NCBI GenBank assembly: GCA_050261575.1
Contig: JBLNDL010000070.1
Coordinates: forward strand, 1-64,000
Length of the DNA stretch: 64,000 nucleotides
Origin: Sphingomonadaceae bacterium
GTDB taxonomy: Bacteria; Chloroflexota; UBA6077
Direction: 5' to 3'
In this document: piece after piece, positions 1 to 7,096 of the stretch
Layout: each line of letters opens with the position of its first letter
Numbering within the stretch: the stretch's first letter is position 1
Position numbers and translations under genes: made by a program
The notes under the pieces: model-generated
What the model saw: the letters and a program-made list of their open reading frames with translations, nothing else
What the model was told of the DNA's origin: nothing
The model's database searches: none

Positions 1-201
<201 letters not shown>

Positions 202-236
202 ACCACTCTTTGGACTGCCATCCACTCGCCTGGCCG

Positions 237-527
237 CTACTTGCGCCGGTTGGGGCGTGACCTCTCCCTTCCCCGCTTCTCGAGTGGCGTCACCTTGAAG
301 CCCGCCGCATGCGTGGAGGCCTGCTCTGCGCCACCCTCCCCGTGGGGCTCTGGGCCCTGCCAGCCCCCGGGTCGAGACCGTCCCAGCCGGTCCAGCCGAA
401 CGACCCCATCGTCCAGCGGCAGGTTTGTTTTCCCCCTTCCACGAAGGTTCGGCCGCAACAGGCCGCCTGCCACCAGGGCTGCGGCGAAGCCGGCCAGGAA
501 GAGGATGAAGGGCAACCAGAGTTCCAT
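237..527 (-). CDS. Small hypothetical protein with an N-terminal membrane anchor (96 aa)
   Basis: ATG at 527 preceded by GGGGGTG; MELWLPFILFLAGFAAALVAGGLL is a hydrophobic helix followed by a basic tail. Confidence 0.55.
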   Translation of the reverse strand: MELWLPFILFLAGFAAALVAGGLLRPNLRGRGKTNLPLDDGVVRLDRLGRSRPGGWQGPEPHGEGGAEQASTHAAGFKVTPLEKRGRERSRPNRRK

Positions 528-591
528 GTGCACCCCCAGGGGCCAGACAGAGTAGAGAAAAGCAGGCAATGGGTGCCGCGGCACCGTCCCA

Positions 592-659
592 AGCAGGTAT
601 CTGTAGTTTATGTCAACTTTCCTAGCGAGACACTCGTACTCAATCTAGAGATGCCTGCT
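592..659 (+). mobile_element. 68-bp MITE-like element, copy 1 (diverged)
   Basis: TIRs AGCAGGTATCTGTAG / CTAGAGATGCCTGCT, flanks C-CA...CA-G; homologous to copies at 14597, 18432, 30493 and 59337. Confidence 0.75.
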
Positions 660-706
660 CAGAGTATATCGGCTCCTCAGCGCAGTCGCACAGTGGGAGA
701 ACATGC

Positions 707-1642
707 CTATCGGGTCGGGGAGTGTGGCCCCGCCACAGGAGATAGGGATCTCACCAACTGGGCCAGTGTCCGGTTCACCGGAGTCGGCACCCCCAGGGCC
801 TCGCCCTCCCGGGCCACAGCTCCGTTGATGTAGTCGATTTCCGTCTGGATCCCTCGCTCCACATCTTGGAGCATCGAGGAGCGGTTGGCCGCCGTACGCC
901 GGCACACCATCTCCACACTAGCTACGGGGTCGTCGTACGGCAACGCCACGCCCCGAGCCTTCGCCACGGCAGCCACTTCCGCGGCCGCGGCGGCCATCAA
1001 CGACCGCGTCTCCGGCCGGTCGAGGAGTTGCCCGTTGGGCACCCGCAATAGGGCCGTCACGGGGTTGATCGCAGCGTTCACCACCAGCTTCCCCCATATC
1101 AGTGAGTTGACGATCCGAGAGATCGACACCTCGATCCCCGCCTGGTGGAATGCCCCCACGACCCGGCCGAGCCGCGCGGTCTCCCGGCCATCCAGCTCGC
1201 CCAAGGAGCTCTCGCCCTCACCGCCGTGGCGGACGACGCCCGGCCCCAGCAGTGTGGCGCCGTGGGCAGTCACACCCGCCAACACCCGCTCCCCACCCAC
1301 CACCGAGGCAATCGCCTCCACGTTGTTCAGGCCGTTCTGCAGTGTCAGCACCACCGTGTCCGGCCCTATCGCTGGCAGAGCATCCCTGCACGCCTGCATG
1401 GTGTCGTAGGCTTTGACGAAAACGAGCACCATCTCTACCACGCCGGCGTCCCGAGCCGCCAGCGTGGCATTCACGGCAACCCTTCGCTGTACCTCGCCGC
1501 GGACGATGGTCACTCCATCTCGGGCGATGGTCCGCACCACCTCGGGCCGTCGCCCCAGCAACCACACTTCGTGTCCCCCCAGGGACAGCAATCCCGAGAA
1601 GAGGGTGCCCATCGCGCCGGGGCCAACAACCAGCAGTTTCAC
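707..1642 (-). CDS. panE: 2-dehydropantoate 2-reductase (ketopantoate reductase)
   Basis: GPGAMG Rossmann motif, VKAYD, LQNG, WGKLVVNAAINP, SSMLQD..TEIDYING; directly downstream of panB. Confidence 0.93.
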   Translation of the reverse strand: MKLLVVGPGAMGTLFSGLLSLGGHEVWLLGRRPEVVRTIARDGVTIVRGEVQRRVAVNATLAARDAGVVEMVLVFVKAYDTMQACRDALPAIGPDTVVLTLQNGLNNVEAIASVVGGERVLAGVTAHGATLLGPGVVRHGGEGESSLGELDGRETARLGRVVGAFHQAGIEVSISRIVNSLIWGKLVVNAAINPVTALLRVPNGQLLDRPETRSLMAAAAAEVAAVAKARGVALPYDDPVASVEMVCRRTAANRSSMLQDVERGIQTEIDYINGAVAREGEALGVPTPVNRTLAQLVRSLSPVAGPHSPTR

Positions 1643-1646
1643 CCGG

Positions 1647-2489
1647 CTAGTCCTCTAGGAGCTTCGCGAGCTCGACCTGTTTCATGTTGAAGGAGTGCTC
1701 AGCCGCGGGGAACTGTCCGGCGCTGACCTCCTGGCAGTACGAGTCGAGTGCGCGCACCACCTCGTCGCCAAGAGATGCGTAGCGCTTCACGAACTTCGGA
1801 ACGAAGCGCTGGAACAGACCCAGCGCGTCGTGGATCACGAGGACCTGGCCGTCGCACGCAGGCCCCGCGCCGATGCCAATGGTAGGGATCGATAGCCTCG
1901 ACGTCACCACCTCCGCCAGTTGGGACGGGATGGCCTCCAGCACCAGGGAGAACGCCCCGGCCTCCTCCAGCAGCCTGGCATCGGACACCAGGTTCTTGGC
2001 AGCGGCAGCATCCCGCGCCTGGAGCTTCAGGCCGCCCAGCATCGTCGACGTCTGAGGCGTGAGCCCCAGGTGACCCATCACGGGGATACCGGCAGCCACG
2101 ATCGCGCGGACCGTGTCCGCCACGGACGCACCCCCTTCCAGTTTCACCGCGTCGGCTCCACCCTCCTTCAACAGGCGCCCCGCGTTGCGGACGGCCTCCT
2201 GAACGCTCACCTGGTAGGACATGAAGGGCAGGTCGGCCACGATGAAGGTGTTCCTGGCCCCACGCGCCACCGCCCGAGTGTGATGGATCATGTCCTCCAT
2301 GGTCACGGGCACCGTGCTGTCGTACCCCAGCATGACCATGCCCAGGGAATCGCCTACCAGGATCATATCCATGGGAGTCCGATCCACCAGCACGGCCATA
2401 GAGTAGTCGTAGGCGGTGATCATTCTGATCTTCCGGCCCTGCCGCTTCATCTCCGATAGCTCGTGCAGGGTCAGCTTTCTCTTGTCCAT
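1647..2489 (-). CDS. panB: 3-methyl-2-oxobutanoate hydroxymethyltransferase
   Basis: TAYDY, LVGDSLGM, DLPFMSY, VKLEGG, HLGLTPQ, GIGAG..CDGQVLV motifs; AAGGAGG RBS before ATG 2489. Confidence 0.96.
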   Translation of the reverse strand: MDKRKLTLHELSEMKRQGRKIRMITAYDYSMAVLVDRTPMDMILVGDSLGMVMLGYDSTVPVTMEDMIHHTRAVARGARNTFIVADLPFMSYQVSVQEAVRNAGRLLKEGGADAVKLEGGASVADTVRAIVAAGIPVMGHLGLTPQTSTMLGGLKLQARDAAAAKNLVSDARLLEEAGAFSLVLEAIPSQLAEVVTSRLSIPTIGIGAGPACDGQVLVIHDALGLFQRFVPKFVKRYASLGDEVVRALDSYCQEVSAGQFPAAEHSFNMKQVELAKLLED

Positions 2490-2531
2490 CCGGAACCTCC
2501 TTCGAGTTGGGGGAAAAGGAGGGAGACGTGC

Positions 2532-2562
2532 CGTGACGCCGGCGGTAGACGCCGGCGTCACG
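2532..2562 (-). promoter_or_regulatory. Hairpin in the panB leader (terminator or attenuator candidate)
   Basis: Perfect 13-bp stem CGTGACGCCGGCG / CGCCGGCGTCACG with 5-nt loop, followed on the minus strand by a C/T-rich tract just before the RBS. Confidence 0.45.
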
Positions 2563-2697
2563 CTCATCGCTATCGCTACGGAGCTGTCGGGTCGGCACAC
2601 GACCACACGGAAGGGATAGGCGCCGCGATGACGCACACCCAGCGCTGGGCAAACGAAGCCGTCCGCCCAGATGGCCTATCGAATCCTGTGTCGCAGA

Positions 2698-3234
2698 CTA
2701 CCTCCGGACAGGGTTCTCGGCGATGGCAGCAACCAGCGCCGCGCCCCAGGCCGGCAGATCCTCCGGCGTTCGCGACGTCACCAGGTTTCCGTCGCGAACC
2801 ACCTCCTTATCCACGTAGTTGGCTCCCGCGTTCACCACGTCGTCCTTGATCGCCTTGACGCAAGTGATGGTCCTGCCCTTCAACACCTGCGCCGAGATGA
2901 GCACGGACGGCCCGTGGCAAATGGAGCCGATGATCTTGCCCTGGTCGTCAGCCTGCTTCACCAACCTCAGAACAGAGGCGTAGCGCCGCAGCCGATCGGG
3001 TGCCCACCCGCCGGGAACGATGATCGCGTCGAATTGGCTGGCATCGACCGTATCCGCCTCCGCATCCACCTTCACAGGGACCCCATGCTTGCCCACGTAG
3101 TTGGTGCTGCTGCCGGTACCTACGACGAAGATCTCGGCGCCTGCCTCCCGCAGCCTCAAGAGCGGATACCAGAGCTCCAGATCCTCAAAGTTGGCCTCCG
3201 CCAGAACCGCCACGCGCTTGCCGCTCAGGGACAT
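2698..3234 (-). CDS. PfpI/DJ-1 family (type 1 glutamine amidotransferase-like) protein
   Basis: FEDLEL, IIVPGG, SICHGP nucleophile elbow, DGNLVTSRTPEDL; GAAGGAGG RBS. Confidence 0.92.
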   Translation of the reverse strand: MSLSGKRVAVLAEANFEDLELWYPLLRLREAGAEIFVVGTGSSTNYVGKHGVPVKVDAEADTVDASQFDAIIVPGGWAPDRLRRYASVLRLVKQADDQGKIIGSICHGPSVLISAQVLKGRTITCVKAIKDDVVNAGANYVDKEVVRDGNLVTSRTPEDLPAWGAALVAAIAENPVRR

Positions 3235-3401
3235 TCGGGTTCCTCCTTCCGAGCCGACGATCAGCGGTACACTCCACAAACCGCACGCTCCGATCGGCGG
3301 AGCGTCGAGCGCAAGATAAACCGATAGCGTCTGTTTGCGTCTAGTTTAGCGTCGCAAGGCAGCCCAGGTCAATCGAGCGGCAACGCGGCGCGATCGAGAA
3401 A

Positions 3402-3416
3402 TGGTACGGAACTTGC
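3402..3416 (+). promoter_or_regulatory. sigma54-type -24/-12 promoter motif
   Basis: TGGTAC-GGAAC-TTGC (GG-N10-GC), 82 nt upstream of ATG 3498. Confidence 0.55.
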
Positions 3417-3497
3417 GGCCAAGGTTCTCGCCTCTAAGTGGTTACTCCACCCGCCCTGGAGAGAGGAACGGGCATACTCGAGGCTAGGGAGGTAGGC

Positions 3498-3761
3498 ATG
3501 GCTAGCTTCCTGGAGACGCTACTCGGAGGGGCGGCGGCCGGAGCCGGCTTCGTCCTTGGGGTCGCTGCTGCCATGGCCGGGGCACAGCGGAGTCGCCCTC
3601 TGCTGAAACAGACAATGAAGAGCTACCTCGTGGCTGTCGATCGGACAAGGGAGCTAGCCGCGCAGATGGGAGAGACCCTGGAGGACCTCTACGCCGAAGC
3701 CAAGGCCGAATACGAAGCCGAGTCCAAGGGCGCCCCGCCCGGCACGACCACCGAGGGCTGA
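3498..3761 (+). CDS. DUF5132-like small protein with GxxxG hydrophobic segment (paralog 1)
   Basis: GGAGGT RBS; LLGGAAAGAGFVLGV hydrophobic segment, then RPLLK..K.Y...ETLEDLYAEAKAE, shared with paralogs at 3864 and 5632. Confidence 0.75.
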   Translation: MASFLETLLGGAAAGAGFVLGVAAAMAGAQRSRPLLKQTMKSYLVAVDRTRELAAQMGETLEDLYAEAKAEYEAESKGAPPGTTTEG

Positions 3762-3808
3762 GGGCCGGGCGATTCTGAGCAGTCCGGGGCCCAGGGAGGA
3801 TCATACCC

Positions 3809-3846
3809 CAGCACACAGTCCTCGGTCTTCAGTCCTCAGCACTCAG
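3809..3846. repeat. Degenerate heptamer tandem repeat (CAGTCCT/CAGCACT-like)
   Basis: cagcaca cagtcct cggtctt cagtcct cagcact cag: 7-nt periodicity in the intergenic gap. Confidence 0.6.
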
Positions 3847-3863
3847 ATGGAAAGGAGGTCTGC

Positions 3864-4088
3864 ATGCCAGGGATCGTGAAGTCCATCCTCGTGGGCGGCA
3901 GTTGGGGTCTCGGGCTCGGAGCGGCGGCCGTAACCGCCGCCATCCTCGCGCGCCCCCTCGCCCGCCTCACGATCGCGGGCTACCTGGCCGCTACCAGGCA
4001 GGTCGGGGAGCGCGCGAAGTCGGCCTCGGCTTCGGCGTCGGCTCGCCTGCAAGACATCTACGAACACGTCGGGGAGGCAGAGCGATAG
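3864..4088 (+). CDS. DUF5132-like small protein (paralog 2)
   Basis: AAGGAGG RBS; GGSWGLGLGAAA segment, RPLAR...GYL...LQDIY motif. Confidence 0.7.
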   Translation: MPGIVKSILVGGSWGLGLGAAAVTAAILARPLARLTIAGYLAATRQVGERAKSASASASARLQDIYEHVGEAER

Positions 4089-4089
4089 A

Positions 4090-4602
4090 ATGCAGGACGG
4101 TAGGACCGCCGTAATCGTCCATTCGATCCCGGGCAGGATAAGGGTCAGGCTGGACAAGTCCTCGCGCTCGCCCGACTTTATGCGGACGCTGGTCGAGACC
4201 CTATCGGCGGTGGAGGGCGTGAACCGGGTGGAGGCAAACCCCGCCACCGGCAGCGTCCTCCTGCTGTACGACCCCCAGGTCATGGATCCGGAGCAGCTCT
4301 ACCTGGCGGCCCGATCTGCCCATCTGTCGGTCGTCCTCCCTGGTGCCGGTCGCCCCACCGCTCAGCCCGACGAGATCACCCCCATCGCCAGCGGCATCAA
4401 CTCGGCCATTGGGCGATTGGATCGCGCCATCTTCAACTTCACCAGCGGCAACCTGGACACGAAGACGCTGGTCCCCTTCGGGTTGGCGGCCGCCGCAATC
4501 CGCCAGATCGTGACGTCCCGGGGCAACGTTGCCACCGCGCCCTGGTACGTCCTCCTTTGGTACTCCTTCAGTCTCTTCCACAGGTTCAACCGCAGGCGGT
4601 AG
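4090..4602 (+). CDS. HMA2 (heavy-metal-associated 2) domain protein with C-terminal hydrophobic helices
   Basis: HSIPGRIRVR R-rich motif, GV..VEANPATGSVLLLYD, C-terminal PWYVLLWY. Confidence 0.8.
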   Translation: MQDGRTAVIVHSIPGRIRVRLDKSSRSPDFMRTLVETLSAVEGVNRVEANPATGSVLLLYDPQVMDPEQLYLAARSAHLSVVLPGAGRPTAQPDEITPIASGINSAIGRLDRAIFNFTSGNLDTKTLVPFGLAAAAIRQIVTSRGNVATAPWYVLLWYSFSLFHRFNRRR

Positions 4603-4666
4603 CATCTGTTCAACTTCATAATTGAGTGTACAATTGACCCCGATGAAACGGAAAGGAGACGCAGGG

Positions 4667-5005
4667 ATGGCTCTTCGGATAGGTCGTTTCGTCGAGGTGA
4701 AGACGGTCCGCGGAGAACCCAGGGAGGTGGCGGGCAGGCTGCTAGTCCCCGTGGCGCGCGCCCTCTCGGTGTCGATCGGGTGGCCGGGGCTTCCGGCCGC
4801 CTTCGCCGGTACCTGGGTGCGCCCCGTTGCGGTGGAGGTGGCCGACCGGGCCGGTCGGCAGCGAGTGGCCATCACGGACACCGGAAGGATCATCCAACTC
4901 GGATTGGGAGCGGGAATCGTGCTGCTGGCTCTGGTCTCCGCCCTTTCCCGCTCACGTGGAGAGATGACGAGGACTGGAGGTTTAGAACATGGCCGAGCAG
5001 ACTGA
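4667..5005 (+). CDS. Divergent GerW/YtfJ-like protein with C-terminal TM helix
   Basis: GEP..V.GRLLVPVA and RPVAV motifs parallel those of the next gene; AAAGGAG RBS. Confidence 0.6.
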   Translation: MALRIGRFVEVKTVRGEPREVAGRLLVPVARALSVSIGWPGLPAAFAGTWVRPVAVEVADRAGRQRVAITDTGRIIQLGLGAGIVLLALVSALSRSRGEMTRTGGLEHGRAD

Positions 5006-5462
5006 GGGTAGAGCACCGGGCGGCCCCGCCGAGATGGGGACGGCGGATGTCCTGGACAGGATAGCCGCTCTATTGCGAGATCTCATCTCGATGGGCAGGG
5101 CAGACGCTGCCTTTGGTGAACCGCGCACGATTGGAGACCGGACGATCATTCCCGTCGCCGAGGTGATGTACGGTTTCGGCGCCGGCATGGGCTCCGGCCA
5201 GGGCCCCGGTCCGCAGGGGCAGCCGTCGGGAGGAGCCGGTGGCGGCTCGGGCGGGGGGATGCGGAGCCGGCCGGTCGCAGCGATCGTGGTCGGCCCGGAA
5301 GGGGTCACGGTGCAACCGGTCGTGGATGTGACCCAGATCGGGATGGCCGCGCTCGTAGCCGGGGTTTTCAGCGTGCTGTGGTTGAAGCGGCTGGGGAAAA
5401 GGGCCACGCCGGCCGGAGAGCCCGCGGCCAAGAGCCTGATCAAGCTGATGAAAGGCAGGTAG
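4989..5462 (+). CDS. GerW/YtfJ family protein
   Basis: FGEP..IGDRTIIPVA.V.YGFGAG.G...GGG.GGG...RPVAAIVV..EGV.VQP signature; C-terminal TM helix. Confidence 0.85.
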   Translation: MAEQTEGRAPGGPAEMGTADVLDRIAALLRDLISMGRADAAFGEPRTIGDRTIIPVAEVMYGFGAGMGSGQGPGPQGQPSGGAGGGSGGGMRSRPVAAIVVGPEGVTVQPVVDVTQIGMAALVAGVFSVLWLKRLGKRATPAGEPAAKSLIKLMKGR

Positions 5463-5631
5463 AACCAGCCGGGCACGGAAGATGCGCACCCAGCCCTCGG
5501 TCTGTAGCCGACCGGCAGCCATCGCGCGCACAGCGTCCTCGTGGCCGGGACACCGAACCTCGGATAGCAGTCCGGTGATCCCGGCCACGAGGGGCTGGGT
5601 CGGCCCTACTCACGAAGGCGAGGTGCTCACA

Positions 5632-5937
5632 ATGAACGATATCATCGAAGCGGTGATGCCCGGCGGGCGGGCATTGGCGATCGGTGTCGGGGTGGGGGTG
5701 GCGTTGCTGATGACCCGTAGCTTCCGCCCTCTTGCTAAGCAGGCAGTCAAGGGCTACATCGTCGCCACGGAGGGGATGCGGAGAGTGGCAGAGGGGGCCA
5801 GGGAAGGCCTCCAGGACATCTACGCGGAGGCCAAAGCAGAGCAAGCCGGTATGGAGCGTCCAGCAGAGACGGCGCAACCCTCGGCCCCGCAAGCCGCCCC
5901 TCAACCTGCAGGCCAGCAGACACTCACTCAGGAGTAA
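5632..5937 (+). CDS. DUF5132-like small protein (paralog 3)
   Basis: GAGGTG RBS; AIGVGVGVALL, RPLAKQAVKGY, EGLQDIYAEAKAE. Confidence 0.75.
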   Translation: MNDIIEAVMPGGRALAIGVGVGVALLMTRSFRPLAKQAVKGYIVATEGMRRVAEGAREGLQDIYAEAKAEQAGMERPAETAQPSAPQAAPQPAGQQTLTQE

Positions 5938-6011
5938 CCGGCAAAGTTGGCTCCTAGGAGCGCGGGCGTCCTGCACGCAGCCGGCCGCATACCGGCAGCC
6001 GGTCACCTGTG

Positions 6012-6065
6012 GTAAGGGCAGGGGCTTGTCCCCTGCCGCCTGACTGGGCATCCTGCCAGCCCTAC
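6012..6065. repeat. GTAG-type REP doublet
   Basis: GTAAGGGCAGGGG-CTTGT-CCCCTGCC plus an inverted GTAGGGCTGG unit; same family as 18549-18621. Confidence 0.6.
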
Positions 6066-6156
6066 CAGGACACCCCGCCCCCAGTCAGCCGAGAGTCGGG
6101 GCGTGAACTCGCAGGCGGAGGTCCGATGGCGCACCAAGCAAGGTGATAGAGGATTC

Positions 6157-6876
6157 ATGAGCTACCGGATCGGCTGTTCCGGGTGGTCCTATCCCCATTG
6201 GCGCGATGCCTTCTACCCCCGCGGCCTGCGACAGGCCGACTGGTTCCGCTACTACAGCTCTGTCTTCGACACCGTGGAGATCAACAACTCCTTCTACCGC
6301 ACCCCCACAGAGAAGCAGTTCCAGACCTGGGCCACAAAGGCACCGAGCGGCTTTCTCTTCGCGGTCAAGGTCAACCGGGCCATCACCCAGTACTACAAGT
6401 TGGGCCCGTCGGCCTACGCGGCCTTCGACGAGTTCGTGCGCCGAGCCGAGCGGCTGGATGGGCACCTCGGCCCCCTCCTGCTGCAACTACCCCCCTCCCT
6501 CGGCCGGAACGACGCCCGACTCTCGGGGTTTCTCTCCCAGCCGGCCGTCGCCCGCCATCGAGTGGCCATCGAGTTCCGTCACGCGGACTGGTTCGCGGAG
6601 GAGGTGTTCGAGTTGCTCCGAAGGCACCGAGTGGCTCTCGTGCTCTCAGACTACAAGGATCTCCCGATCCCTCACGTGACCACCGCCCCATGGGTGTACG
6701 TCCGCCTTCACGGCCCCAGCGGCCAGTACTGGGGCTCCTACGGGGACGAGTCGCTTCGCGATTGGGCCCATCGCCTGAGGGCGTTGGGTGTCGACGGCTT
6801 CGTGTACTTCAACAACGACGTCGGGGCCGCGGCTCCTCGCGACGCGATCCGTTTGCGAGAGTTGCTCGCCGCCTGA
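6157..6876 (+). CDS. DUF72 (YecE-like) protein
   Basis: IGCSGWSY..W...FYP, TVEINNSFYR, LLQLPPS, EFRH..W, YVRLHG, VYFNND...AP.DA. Confidence 0.92.
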   Translation: MSYRIGCSGWSYPHWRDAFYPRGLRQADWFRYYSSVFDTVEINNSFYRTPTEKQFQTWATKAPSGFLFAVKVNRAITQYYKLGPSAYAAFDEFVRRAERLDGHLGPLLLQLPPSLGRNDARLSGFLSQPAVARHRVAIEFRHADWFAEEVFELLRRHRVALVLSDYKDLPIPHVTTAPWVYVRLHGPSGQYWGSYGDESLRDWAHRLRALGVDGFVYFNNDVGAAAPRDAIRLRELLAA

Positions 6877-7096
6877 CAGTCAATCCGCACCCCTGCGGCT
6901 CCTCACTGCCCGCATCCCAGAGGGACAACGGCCGTCGGCGGCTGAACGAGGGCTTGCCCTGATCTACAACCTGTTGTAAGCTGCCTCTCGACCGGACAGT
7001 CCGTTTCTTTCGGCTGCAGTCCGGTCTTTCCCAACACTTCCCACGTCCTTTCGAGGTTTCCTACCCACCTGAACGCTTTGCTTTGGAGGCTCGACG

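Noticed and set aside
562..586. sigma54 motif upstream of the 527 ORF
   Set aside because: GG-to-GC spacing is 2 nt too short.
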